Positions 37,489 to 47,139 of a stretch of 64,000 nucleotides of DNA are shown one piece after another (position 1 is the first letter of the stretch; each line of letters starts with the position of its first letter). Source of the DNA: a virus (Duplodnaviria > Heunggongvirae > Uroviricota > Caudoviricetes); IMG/VR virus record IMGVR_UViG_3300042486_001111; one strand, given 5' to 3'. A model generated the notes under the pieces. The model made no database searches. It was not told the DNA's origin and was given only the letters and a program-made list of their open reading frames with translations. The translations under genes were made by a program, and so were the position numbers.

Positions 37489-37648
37489 TTATTTTTCTAT
37501 TTAACATATTATAACCCAAAAAGTCTTCATACTTTTTATTATATAGTTCTATGAACCTCTTAGCAACTTTCAGTTGTTCTAAGGTTTTACAACTTTCAAT
37601 AACTGCAACACATTTACTTTTTGCCATCATTTGATTTACTATTTCCAT
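37457..37648 (-). CDS. small hypothetical protein
   Basis: Short ORF partly overlapping its neighbours. Confidence 0.3.
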   Translation of the reverse strand: MEIVNQMMAKSKCVAVIESCKTLEQLKVAKRFIELYNKKYEDFLGYNMLNRKINENEESINLR

Positions 37649-37937
37649 TTTTTATTTTTTTTAATAGTTTTTTAACATCAGAACATATCTCATACTCCTC
37701 AACAGACTCAAAATATTCTAAACTTTTACTCAGACTAGAAAACCAATCTTCCTTTCTTAATTCCGAAATCATTATAAAATTACTTAATGGGTTTATGATC
37801 CTGAACAATACAATTTCATCTAACCCATCTTTCATCGACTTTTTAACTCCTTCTATAATCAAACTATGTATCAACCACTTTTGATTTTTTAAAAAATCTT
37901 TTTCCTCCTCTTCATTTGAAAAATAGAAATCTTTCAT
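37614..37937 (-). CDS. hypothetical protein (107 aa)
   Basis: Intact ORF. Confidence 0.4.
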   Translation of the reverse strand: MKDFYFSNEEEEKDFLKNQKWLIHSLIIEGVKKSMKDGLDEIVLFRIINPLSNFIMISELRKEDWFSSLSKSLEYFESVEEYEICSDVKKLLKKIKNGNSKSNDGKK

Positions 37938-38209
37938 ATCGATAGTATTATTTTTTTATAGACACCGTATTTTTCATTACAATAAAATTCTGCAATAGTT
38001 TTAGATTGATCGTTGTCGTAACCAAAATTTGATTTTAGTTCATTAAGTATAACCTTAACCAAATGAACTCTGTCGATAGAACAAGTCAATGAATGATCCT
38101 TATCATTAACAGTAATTAATGAAGGTAACCCTAATCTATCTACTTTAGTAGGATAAAACTTCTCTAAGAACTTCATCACTCTTTCACTTTTCAAAGGGTT
38201 GTTTTCCAT
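37934..38209 (-). CDS. hypothetical protein (91 aa)
   Basis: ATGA overlap with the downstream gene. Confidence 0.4.
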   Translation of the reverse strand: MENNPLKSERVMKFLEKFYPTKVDRLGLPSLITVNDKDHSLTCSIDRVHLVKVILNELKSNFGYDNDQSKTIAEFYCNEKYGVYKKIILSI

Positions 38210-38245
38210 AGTTGTCTTATTTGAAACAAATATAGAAATAATATT

Positions 38246-38665
38246 TTACTTATCCAAATTTATGTCATTAATAATTTTGAATAATTTATAATCATTCAAC
38301 CCCAAATTATCTTTAATGTCTTTAATATCTGAATATTCATTCTCATACTTTTGTAGATACTGTTCATTCAATACTATTAACTCATCAAATATTGTGATGA
38401 AATCATAGAAAACTGATCTGTCTCTAGTGTTCTCCAAAATCTTCAAACTAGTTTCGTTATCACCCCTATGAACTTTATCAATTAATAAGTGTGTACTACT
38501 TTTTATTATGTTAATTTTTAATCTATCTAGTGTACTATCAATCCTTTCTCTTAAATCCCACAACACAGATATTTTTTCTTTCATATCAGATAAGTATTGT
38601 GGTGTTAGTTCACCATTTTTATTGATGAATCTAATCACTGAATTAGTTACTCCTTCATTTTCCAT
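38246..38665 (-). CDS. hypothetical protein (139 aa)
   Basis: Intact ORF. Confidence 0.45.
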   Translation of the reverse strand: MENEGVTNSVIRFINKNGELTPQYLSDMKEKISVLWDLRERIDSTLDRLKINIIKSSTHLLIDKVHRGDNETSLKILENTRDRSVFYDFITIFDELIVLNEQYLQKYENEYSDIKDIKDNLGLNDYKLFKIINDINLDK

Positions 38666-38762
38666 AAAACAATTATATGGATTTTTAATAAAAAAATCAA
38701 CAATCGTTTGTATTAATAAAAAAATTTAGTATATTTGGCGATATTTATAAGATAAATGTTTT

Positions 38763-38972
38763 ATGGAAAAGACAATAAGTGAATTAATTTTAGAATTAAA
38801 GACTGTTTTAGAAAAAACGCACGGTGAACAATTTACTAAATTTTATCTCTGTAAATTTCCTGATGGAAAATGGGAAGCCCTAATTGGTATTAAAGAAGGT
38901 GCCAGTAGAAAAACTGGAAATTACTACAGAATTAATGATGGTGTAGTAGAAGAAGAACACGTAAATTTTTAA
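38763..38972 (+). CDS. hypothetical protein (69 aa)
   Basis: Plus-strand ORF after a divergent intergenic region. Confidence 0.4.
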   Translation: MEKTISELILELKTVLEKTHGEQFTKFYLCKFPDGKWEALIGIKEGASRKTGNYYRINDGVVEEEHVNF

Positions 38973-38974
38973 CT

Positions 38975-39493
38975 ATGAATATTTTTGTTTTGGATTACGA
39001 TCCTAAGTCGTGTGCACAAATGCATTGTGATAAACACGTAGTAAAAATGATTTTGGAGACGGCACAACTTCTTTGTGGTGTTCATCATATGACAAATCAA
39101 GAAACCGAACATGTACCGTATAAGTTATCACATAAAAATCACCCATGTTCCATTTGGACTAGAGAGTGTATTGAAAACTATGTTTGGTTATGTGATTTAG
39201 GTTTAGAGTTATGTGAGGAATATACATACCGTTATGGTAAGAGACATAAGTCACAGGAAATAATTGAATGGTGTCTTTTAAACCTACCAAAAATTAAAGA
39301 GAATGGTACTGTTACAGATTTTAAGTTGGCGATGCCTGATGAATGTAAAATAGATAATAACCCTATACTTTCATATAGGAAGTACTACATTGATTTTAAA
39401 AAGGATTTTGCTAAATGGAAAAATAGGGATGTCCCAAACTGGTTTAGACTTTCAGATGATTCATTAAAACACCACCAATTGATGTTGCTTTAA
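38975..39493 (+). CDS. hypothetical Cys/His-rich protein (172 aa)
   Basis: Intact ORF; Cys/His pattern HCDKH...C...HH...C. Confidence 0.45.
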   Translation: MNIFVLDYDPKSCAQMHCDKHVVKMILETAQLLCGVHHMTNQETEHVPYKLSHKNHPCSIWTRECIENYVWLCDLGLELCEEYTYRYGKRHKSQEIIEWCLLNLPKIKENGTVTDFKLAMPDECKIDNNPILSYRKYYIDFKKDFAKWKNRDVPNWFRLSDDSLKHHQLMLL

Positions 39494-40043
39494 TTGACAA
39501 CCTATTGATGGTGTCATCATTAAGTTTTGTTTTCTTTCCCGTATAGTCTACACCTAATATACCTATAAACTTATCATCAATACTTTTTATTGAGAATAAA
39601 TAACCTGATTTACAACCAGATTCTTCTGCTATATACTTTAACCCAAAAGTTGCAATTGTTTCGTCTTTGAAATCAATTATCTCTATTACATCATTCTTTA
39701 ATAATTCATTTATTGATTTTGAGAATAGACTAACAGGTATATTTTGAAAATTATTTTGTATAGAATTTACTTTGATGTTAACTGTTTCATATATCATTGA
39801 GAATTTTGCCATCGATTTACCTGTTGGATAAAAATGTCCTCCGTTGTGGAACTGTATCAACCAAACTCTATCTGCACTTATTTCTTCTCTAATTTCCTCT
39901 ATTTTATGTGTTACAACCTCACCTAATTCTAATGTATCCGCCACCATATCAGGTTTCTTTTTCTTCTCTAACCAATTCTTAAACAGTAGTATTGTAATCG
40001 GACTTATAACACCTGTTATGAAAGCAATAATTAACTCCATCAT
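39444..40043 (-). CDS. membrane-anchored protein (N-terminal TM)
   Basis: MMELIIAFITGVISPITILLF. Confidence 0.45.
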   Translation of the reverse strand: MMELIIAFITGVISPITILLFKNWLEKKKKPDMVADTLELGEVVTHKIEEIREEISADRVWLIQFHNGGHFYPTGKSMAKFSMIYETVNIKVNSIQNNFQNIPVSLFSKSINELLKNDVIEIIDFKDETIATFGLKYIAEESGCKSGYLFSIKSIDDKFIGILGVDYTGKKTKLNDDTINRLSIKATSIGGVLMNHLKV

Positions 40044-40100
40044 AATTTTAAACTTTTATATTATAAATATAAGTTCAATCATAAAAGTGAAAAAAATATA

Positions 40101-40125
40101 AAAAAAAATGGGGGATAAATCCCCC
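40101..40125 (-). terminator. intrinsic terminator (gggggat-aa-atccccc + T9 on minus strand)
   Basis: Seen directly. Confidence 0.55.
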
Positions 40126-40151
40126 ACCTTTCACAAACAAACAACTATGAA

Positions 40152-40946
40152 TTACAAAACTAATTCCGACATTTCCCACAACATTTTGTTAACCTCAATG
40201 TTCTGATCGATTGATCGAATCGCTCTACTACGAGATCTACGAAGATTACCATTATCTTTCGGTGTAATGGTTATGATACCACCTTGAAGTACATTCTCTT
40301 GTACTCTATTGAATACACTCCATAAATCGGTACCAGCGTCCTCTTCTCTACGAATCTTAAGCATCTGATTCACATCAATCATTTTATCTTCACCCCAATA
40401 GTTGTCCGCAACCATCTTAGCGAAATCATACTGTTGTGCCATAGACAGTTCTTTAGACATCATATCCTGAACTCTACCAACAACCATAGGGATTTTTTCC
40501 GTTGTCATATTAACAACTTTAAGGATATCTTCTTTCTGAAACCCTTTATGCATTACACGGAACTCATCGAAAGTCTTATCCGCAATCACCAATCCATTAG
40601 AACACACCAAACGGAATAAACCAACGTGAAACTTAAACGATGATGAACCATCGTGTGAATTCGTCAAAAGGATTTCTGGGTGTGTGTCCCCAATCTCTCT
40701 GGCGATGTTAATGTTATTTTCATTTCTGAAACGTAACATATGTTTCTTAAACGGCATCTTTGACTCATGTCCCTTACGAGAACGAGTTTGCATCGCCTGT
40801 GTAGGTAACCAACCTTGTTCCCCCAATAAATCAATCACTTCCGTAGTCGGAATGAATCGATAAATGTTCGACAAATGGTTTGACGGTTCTTGTGTCAAAG
40901 CCGAAGGACAACGTTGTCCAATCTCATTAAAATTTAAGTAACTCAT
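40152..40946 (-). CDS. DUF932-like phage/plasmid protein (NSHDGSS motif)
   Basis: ILLTNSHDGSSSFKFHVGLFRLVCSNG resembles the conserved core of the DUF932/TIGR03299 family. Confidence 0.5.
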   Translation of the reverse strand: MSYLNFNEIGQRCPSALTQEPSNHLSNIYRFIPTTEVIDLLGEQGWLPTQAMQTRSRKGHESKMPFKKHMLRFRNENNINIAREIGDTHPEILLTNSHDGSSSFKFHVGLFRLVCSNGLVIADKTFDEFRVMHKGFQKEDILKVVNMTTEKIPMVVGRVQDMMSKELSMAQQYDFAKMVADNYWGEDKMIDVNQMLKIRREEDAGTDLWSVFNRVQENVLQGGIITITPKDNGNLRRSRSRAIRSIDQNIEVNKMLWEMSELVL

Positions 40947-41043
40947 ATCTTTTAGTTTTATATCTACAAATGTAAGGACCTTTTTTCATTCTGCCAAACA
41001 TTTTATACTTTTTTTTTAATATTTATTTCATATATTTATTAAT

Positions 41044-43452
41044 ATGGACAAACTTACGAAATTTGAGATAAAAATACTATCCTATTTAGATAAAAAGATT
41101 GATAACACCTCCAATAAGGATCAAGTGTTTAAAATACTTAAAGATGAATTTGGGTTGGATAAATCTGAGGTACTAGATTTATATAGACTTTGGTACTATA
41201 ATAAGGGTACTGGTGATTACGATACAATAGAAGTAGATAGAGAAGGACCTCTTCTCAATTTTTTGAATAATATATCTTTATTAAATTCAAACGTAAATGA
41301 ATATATAGATGAGTTATATGATAACAATCGTGAAAAATTAGACTCTTTAATCGGTGACTGGTTTGTTTTATGTAATAACTACAATACACCCTGTTTAGAC
41401 TTTGGAAATGAGTCAGTGACAATAACTTTAGATAGAGATGAATGGGAAAAATATTTTTCTGGGTTAGGTGATGATGATTTATGGAAATATTATGAGGCAT
41501 TTAGTTCTTATGGTGATTACTATGAAGAAATAGAAACATCAGAGTTTGATTATGTATATACTAATGATGAGACAGTAGAACACTTAGAAACTTTGGCGAT
41601 ACTGTCAGGGTTATCTGAATGGCCTGGTAAAGATGGTAAAAAGATTGGGGAACAAGAAGTTAACGATTTTTTAGGTGAAGTATTACCTAAAGAATATTAC
41701 GAAAGGATAGTTGATGATTATATAGGTGAGATGAGTATTGTCATAACTAGGGCTAGACAAGATAGTGTAAGAAAAACTTATACAAATGAAATTAAATACG
41801 ATACTAATAAAACTAGATGTAGATTCGGTGATTATTGTATAGAAATACCGTATGTTGAATTAATAGAAATAGTAAAAGAAAGGAATCTACTTAATCTTTC
41901 TGAATTAAAAGATGCGGAAATACAACCTGATGTTGATTTGGAGGATGCTTACTACGGTGAGTGGATTGATAGTGATGGTGTAGATGAGGTGGTTACCGAA
42001 CTAAACAGATCATTAAAATCCACAATAGAAAAAATTACTGAATCAGAAGATATTGACTTAGAGGAGTTAATATTAAATAGAAAGTATGTTTTAGATTTAT
42101 TAAATAAATTAGGTTTTAAAAAAATAACAGACACTTCGCAGGGTGAATATTATATGGCTAGAAATGGTATATTAACACTATATAGTAACGATATCGACTT
42201 TAAAAATAATAAAGTTAAATTCACATACGATGATCAAACACATATAACACCCATAGAAGAATTAACTAATTGGGTTTCAGGTAGTGTTTTAGATTTAAAC
42301 GAAAGTGTTAGATACAATAAGAAAGTAAAATTACTAGTAGAAAGTTATAATCTAATCAACAAAATTTCAATATTTGATTTCGATGGTACATTAATGAAGA
42401 CACCACACCCTGAAGAAGGTAAGAAACAGTGGGAGGAATTTACTGGTAAAGAATATCCACATATAGGATGGTGGAGTAAACCAGAGTCTTTAGATGATGC
42501 AGTATTCGACATACAACCTATAGAAAATACTGTTGCAGATTACCTAAGAGAGAAATCTAATCCTAGTACTTTAGTAATAATGTTAACAGGTAGAATACCA
42601 CATCAGTCAGAACAAATAGAAGAATTATTACTATTACATAACATATCTTTTGATGAATATCACTATAAAGGTAATGGCGATACTTTGACTAGTAAATTTA
42701 ATACCATTAAAAGTCTACTGAATAGATTCCCTAATGTTAATCAGATAGAAATGTGGGAAGATAGAGAACCACACGCCATTGAGTTTAAACAGTGGGGAAA
42801 AGAAAATGGAGTAAACTTAAAAGTTAATTTAGTCACTAGTGATGGGCAAATTATAAAAGGTGGTGTAAATGATTTAGTCAACGAGTCTATCGATAAAAAA
42901 AAAATTTTATTCGATAAAATTTCAAAATTAATCAATCCACCTTATTTTTCTGATTTAGAATCTTTAGGTATACCACAATCTGAATGGGATACAATACTTA
43001 GTGTTGTTTTTAGTAAAGAAGTACATTTGGATTTTTACCAACAATTCATTGAAGTTAGGGATAGAAATAATGGTAGACTAACCTATAGGGAATGGCCTAA
43101 CGGTGATTGGGCAGATTTCGATAAAGGTGTTGAGAATTTACAGATTCATACGATGGGTGATATAAACGAATCAGTTACCAATGACTTAATAGATAAAGTA
43201 GTACCCAAATTAGAACCACCTTACATATACAATTTATATTCTATGGGGTTTGACTCAACAGATTCTGAAAAAATACTGTCTAAACTATTTGGTAAAATGG
43301 TTCATATATATGATGACAGTGTATATAATTCTTCCACAAATTCTGTTAGTAAACCAACAGAATCTAGAGTTCAGGATATTGAGACTGACGATGTACTATA
43401 TGTAGAATACTATAAAGGTGACTCTATAGATTGGATAGATTGGAGATACTAA
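41044..43452 (+). CDS. large multidomain protein (802 aa) with central HAD-like hydrolase motif and two C-terminal PPY..DL.S.G modules
   Basis: IFDFDGTLMKT (DxDGT); KISKLINPPYFSDLESLGIPQSEW and VVPKLEPPYIYNLYSMGFDSTDSE. Confidence 0.55.
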   Translation: MDKLTKFEIKILSYLDKKIDNTSNKDQVFKILKDEFGLDKSEVLDLYRLWYYNKGTGDYDTIEVDREGPLLNFLNNISLLNSNVNEYIDELYDNNREKLDSLIGDWFVLCNNYNTPCLDFGNESVTITLDRDEWEKYFSGLGDDDLWKYYEAFSSYGDYYEEIETSEFDYVYTNDETVEHLETLAILSGLSEWPGKDGKKIGEQEVNDFLGEVLPKEYYERIVDDYIGEMSIVITRARQDSVRKTYTNEIKYDTNKTRCRFGDYCIEIPYVELIEIVKERNLLNLSELKDAEIQPDVDLEDAYYGEWIDSDGVDEVVTELNRSLKSTIEKITESEDIDLEELILNRKYVLDLLNKLGFKKITDTSQGEYYMARNGILTLYSNDIDFKNNKVKFTYDDQTHITPIEELTNWVSGSVLDLNESVRYNKKVKLLVESYNLINKISIFDFDGTLMKTPHPEEGKKQWEEFTGKEYPHIGWWSKPESLDDAVFDIQPIENTVADYLREKSNPSTLVIMLTGRIPHQSEQIEELLLLHNISFDEYHYKGNGDTLTSKFNTIKSLLNRFPNVNQIEMWEDREPHAIEFKQWGKENGVNLKVNLVTSDGQIIKGGVNDLVNESIDKKKILFDKISKLINPPYFSDLESLGIPQSEWDTILSVVFSKEVHLDFYQQFIEVRDRNNGRLTYREWPNGDWADFDKGVENLQIHTMGDINESVTNDLIDKVVPKLEPPYIYNLYSMGFDSTDSEKILSKLFGKMVHIYDDSVYNSSTNSVSKPTESRVQDIETDDVLYVEYYKGDSIDWIDWRY

Positions 43453-43775
43453 TCTACCTTTGGTGAAGGTAAGGTTCTCAAATCTGAATAGTTCTCATAT
43501 AAGTATTCAATAATCATATCCTCATTGGAGTAATACATATTCCATTTGTCGTGATTAAAGAAGTCTGACATATATTCATCTTCATCATCGTAACGATCAT
43601 AGTCTACTAAGTTTTCACCTTCGGTAATGTAATGTTCGTTACACCAATTATAATATTCACTGTCAATTAATTCCCTATAAGAATCTTCAATGTCACCCTC
43701 AACCTTAAAGGTTACTGTAAGTAGTTTGTCTGTATCACAAAAAATTTCATAAATTTCATCTATAATATAATCCAT
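43449..43775 (-). CDS. acidic hypothetical protein (108 aa)
   Basis: Intact ORF. Confidence 0.45.
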   Translation of the reverse strand: MDYIIDEIYEIFCDTDKLLTVTFKVEGDIEDSYRELIDSEYYNWCNEHYITEGENLVDYDRYDDEDEYMSDFFNHDKWNMYYSNEDMIIEYLYENYSDLRTLPSPKVD

Positions 43776-43799
43776 AACATATTTTTGAAAATAAATATG

Positions 43800-44147
43800 C
43801 TAAAACATCACAATGCGCAATTTTAAATTATATTTTTTTGAGATATCTATCATATGTTTGGACCCTTTACTCTTACCGTCCCAAAATATTATAGCCGCAT
43901 CTGCGACTTTAGCCATCTCTTCGTTTCTCATATACCCAGCCTTCTTACCGAATAAATCCCACATCGCAGGATACTGTTCTAACTTAAGGTGATTTTCATT
44001 TGCATACCATTCACCCATCTTATCTGCACCATTTGCAGTACCAGATATTATAGTAACATCTTTTTGATTTTCGAGAATTGCATTTAATTTTTTCTTTAGT
44101 TTTTCGTAGTCATTAAAGTCCCTACTACCTGCAATTATTACTCTCAT
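43800..44147 (-). CDS. SLOG/DprA-LOG-like Rossmann protein (DUF2493-like)
   Basis: VIIAGSRDF...ISGTANGADKMGEWYA...AAIIFWDGKSKGSKHMI. Confidence 0.5.
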   Translation of the reverse strand: MRVIIAGSRDFNDYEKLKKKLNAILENQKDVTIISGTANGADKMGEWYANENHLKLEQYPAMWDLFGKKAGYMRNEEMAKVADAAIIFWDGKSKGSKHMIDISKKYNLKLRIVMF

Positions 44148-44352
44148 TTAATTCGATAAGTTTATCTAAATATTGTTTTGCCTTTTTTAAATCTTCGATA
44201 CCGTTTTTCTGTTTCCATCTAGTAACATATTTAACAATGTTGCCCTCAAAAAAATCTAAATTATGTGAATGTGCATAATCCCACATTTCAATACCTCTGT
44301 TATAATGAGTCGGGTGAACTACCCTTTCGTTTGGGTTAATTGGTTTATCCAT
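44125..44352 (-). CDS. DUF3310-like phage protein
   Basis: HPTHYNRGIEMWDY...GNIVKYVTRWKQKNGIEDLKKAKQYL. Confidence 0.5.
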   Translation of the reverse strand: MDKPINPNERVVHPTHYNRGIEMWDYAHSHNLDFFEGNIVKYVTRWKQKNGIEDLKKAKQYLDKLIELNESNNCR

Positions 44353-44365
44353 ATCTTTTTATACA

Positions 44366-44394
44366 AAAATAAGGATTTTTTCTTAAAATGTCAA
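44366..44394 (-). promoter_or_regulatory. sigma70-like promoter TTGACAtttt-17-TATTTT
   Basis: Minus strand reads TATTGACATTTTAAGAAAAAATCCTTATTTTTGTATAAAAAGATATG. Confidence 0.35.
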
Positions 44395-44396
44395 TA

Positions 44397-45623
44397 TTAC
44401 CAAAGAACGTAATATTCCTCACCGTTATAAATAAAAACATCTTTTGTTAAGTCACCAATGAAATATTCAGGACCATCTTTTTCTATTGCCTCACTTATTA
44501 TGTACTCTTCATCTACAATTAAAATGTTATCGGATATTGCCTCACCTAAAGTTAAACCTAATTCATCTACATACCCTTCAATATCATAACTATAATCTTC
44601 TTTTAATTTTTCTTTCCTAATAGTCATATATAACTTTTCGAAATTATCTCCCTCATATTTGGATAAATCTTCGGTTACATCTTCTAATTCATCTACTAAT
44701 GAATCATAATCTTTATAATGTTGGTTATATTCATACTCAGCCTCTTCTAATCTGTTTTCAATTTTATTTAGTTTATTTTCTAAATCCTCTATTTCTCCCT
44801 CAAATTCTGTTGAGTAACTATCTTCATCATCACCATAATCTGTAATATCAGATAACCTTTCTATTTCTATCTCAATAATTCTTTTTTCTTTCTCTAATTT
44901 ATTGATGTTATTATCTAACCCTAAAAAAGTTTTATCTATTTCTTTTTTAGTTTCAGTCAATTCATCAAACGTATACTTTAAATCTTCGTATTCATCATAT
45001 TTATCAATATTTTTTAAAAGATTTTCTTTTGATTCCACATTAAATTTAGAACTACCTATTTCACGTTCATATTCTTCTTTAGCAATTTCAGTTACGTTAT
45101 AATCTAAATATTGACGATTAATTTCGACATAATCAATTAAAAAACTATGACTAAAAAAATCCCATCCTTCCTCATCTAATTTTTCACGAATTTTCATTTC
45201 CGATTCTCTATATACCGCATAAAAGTCACCTATATAATAAACATATCTAGTACTATAACTAATCGAAGGTATTAATACTTTAAAAGAAGAAAGATTAGAA
45301 AGATATGTTGCGAATGGTTTTACAAAAACAGGATCAACGTTAATAAATTCCGCAAACGCCAATCTTTTTTCATCATAGGATGAGTAATCGATGTTTGGTG
45401 TGTGTATATCGTTAACGTTCTTAAAATCTATATTTTCATTTTTTACATCACTATAAATTAGGATAATTTTTTGTGTGTCCTCAGGATCAGTATTAAAATT
45501 ATTGATCAAATAGTTATAAAGTGGTTCCCACTCATCTGTTACCGAATTCTTTCTTAAATGATTTAATATCCTTAAATCTAATGGTGTTATGTTACTGAAA
45601 TCTATTTCCATATCACAATACAA
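44397..45623 (-). CDS. acidic coiled-coil protein (408 aa)
   Basis: Intact ORF, Glu/Asp-rich heptads. Confidence 0.5.
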   Translation of the reverse strand: MYCDMEIDFSNITPLDLRILNHLRKNSVTDEWEPLYNYLINNFNTDPEDTQKIILIYSDVKNENIDFKNVNDIHTPNIDYSSYDEKRLAFAEFINVDPVFVKPFATYLSNLSSFKVLIPSISYSTRYVYYIGDFYAVYRESEMKIREKLDEEGWDFFSHSFLIDYVEINRQYLDYNVTEIAKEEYEREIGSSKFNVESKENLLKNIDKYDEYEDLKYTFDELTETKKEIDKTFLGLDNNINKLEKEKRIIEIEIERLSDITDYGDDEDSYSTEFEGEIEDLENKLNKIENRLEEAEYEYNQHYKDYDSLVDELEDVTEDLSKYEGDNFEKLYMTIRKEKLKEDYSYDIEGYVDELGLTLGEAISDNILIVDEEYIISEAIEKDGPEYFIGDLTKDVFIYNGEEYYVLW

Positions 45624-46425
45624 TATATCTTATTCCAAACCTATTTGCCTCACTGACATCATAATCTAAAATTTCTGAATCTTCTGGTAGTTGGGATTCA
45701 TAATTTTCAGTCTTAGTATCCCAGAAAGAATTCATTTCAGTCATCATATATACTTTGTCTTTATAATTTTCAATAAAATAAGTACCATAATCTATTTGAC
45801 TAAGATTAGGTTTTTCAGTCATAATCATATTCCACTTTTCTATATGTTTAGTGTATCTTTCTTCTTCCTCATCATACTCACCATCACCCCCACAATATGA
45901 ACATTCTTCCTCATTTTCTCCCGAACCATTGCAGTCATCACAGGCAAATGTTTCATCTTCTTCATTACTAATTTCACCAGTACCTTCACAATAAGGACAT
46001 TCATATGTTTCACTACCTCTTCCATTACATTCATCACAGGTTACACGATTTGTTTCTGTTTCATATTCACTACCTTCTTGCGCAACTTCTAAAGTAACAA
46101 AATACAACCCATCCCCAACATTTAATTTTTCAGTTAAAAAATCATTAACATTTAAATTAATGATAAAAAGAAATATTAAATCACTTTTTTCTTCAACATC
46201 CAAATTAAAAAAGTCTGCACCAAAGAAATCAAACATTTTTTTATATGGTTTACTATCATTAAATTCTACACCCCACTCATTATTAGGGTAAACATATTTC
46301 TTAACTTCGTTTTGTATTTCTGGATATTTTTTATTAAGGACATTTAAGTATTTCCTATAAACTTTATTATCTAAATAAGATAAATTACTCTCAGATTCTT
46401 TTAATATGTTAGTTAACTTAATCAT
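45613..46425 (-). CDS. protein with DnaJ-type CxxCxGxG zinc-finger repeats (4 copies), no J domain
   Basis: CDECNGRG, CPYCEGTG, CDDCNGSG, CSYCGGDG. Confidence 0.55.
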   Translation of the reverse strand: MIKLTNILKESESNLSYLDNKVYRKYLNVLNKKYPEIQNEVKKYVYPNNEWGVEFNDSKPYKKMFDFFGADFFNLDVEEKSDLIFLFIINLNVNDFLTEKLNVGDGLYFVTLEVAQEGSEYETETNRVTCDECNGRGSETYECPYCEGTGEISNEEDETFACDDCNGSGENEEECSYCGGDGEYDEEEERYTKHIEKWNMIMTEKPNLSQIDYGTYFIENYKDKVYMMTEMNSFWDTKTENYESQLPEDSEILDYDVSEANRFGIRYIVL

Positions 46426-46684
46426 TTAATTTTTTTATTCTAACTGTTAATTCACCAGTACCTTTAATTACTCTGTGATATACTTCTTTTGGTATAAGTA
46501 CTGTTTCTGTTAATGGGATAGGTAGTTGGTTATCTAATTGAACCATCCAATCCGTATGTCCAACACTCTCAACAATCCTATCTTCTTTATCTCTATGCCA
46601 AACCAATTCACTATTCTCTACATTATCAGAAAATTTACGAACATAAAAACCATTTATTTTATTTTCTTCAAACGGAAAATCCAT
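46418..46684 (-). CDS. hypothetical protein (88 aa)
   Basis: Intact ORF. Confidence 0.45.
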   Translation of the reverse strand: MDFPFEENKINGFYVRKFSDNVENSELVWHRDKEDRIVESVGHTDWMVQLDNQLPIPLTETVLIPKEVYHRVIKGTGELTVRIKKLND

Positions 46685-46685
46685 A

Positions 46686-47117
46686 CTATCTTTTCTTACG
46701 ACCTTGACAATGTGCTCTCTGAGAGAACCCTTTTGGGTTATTACAATCTATGGAATTTTTATATTCTTTACTCCACTTTTCATTCATCATATCACTATCA
46801 TCTATATTCATAGATAACTCCATACCATACTTTTTACTTTCATTCATTAAGAAATCAAATACTTGATCCATATTGTTTTTTGCTTCCGCAATGTGATCTT
46901 GAGCCCAATCGTGTCCATTTTCTAAAACACCCTCAACCATTTCTGGATCCATATCTAATAATATATCACATTGTCTTCTCATTTGTTGTAAGTTTGAGAA
47001 GAACATATATCTATTTCCTCTATCGTGATGTTCATTACCTTGTACATTAATTTGGTCCATAGTTTTTCTAACCATGTTTTTAATGTCTTCTTCCGTTAAT
47101 TTAACTATTCTTTTCAT
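46686..47117 (-). CDS. leader family A protein (MKRIVKLTEEDIKNMVRKTMDQ...)
   Basis: Diverged family A leader. Confidence 0.55.
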   Translation of the reverse strand: MKRIVKLTEEDIKNMVRKTMDQINVQGNEHHDRGNRYMFFSNLQQMRRQCDILLDMDPEMVEGVLENGHDWAQDHIAEAKNNMDQVFDFLMNESKKYGMELSMNIDDSDMMNEKWSKEYKNSIDCNNPKGFSQRAHCQGRKKR

Positions 47118-47139
47118 ATCATTAATTTTTTATTTTTAT

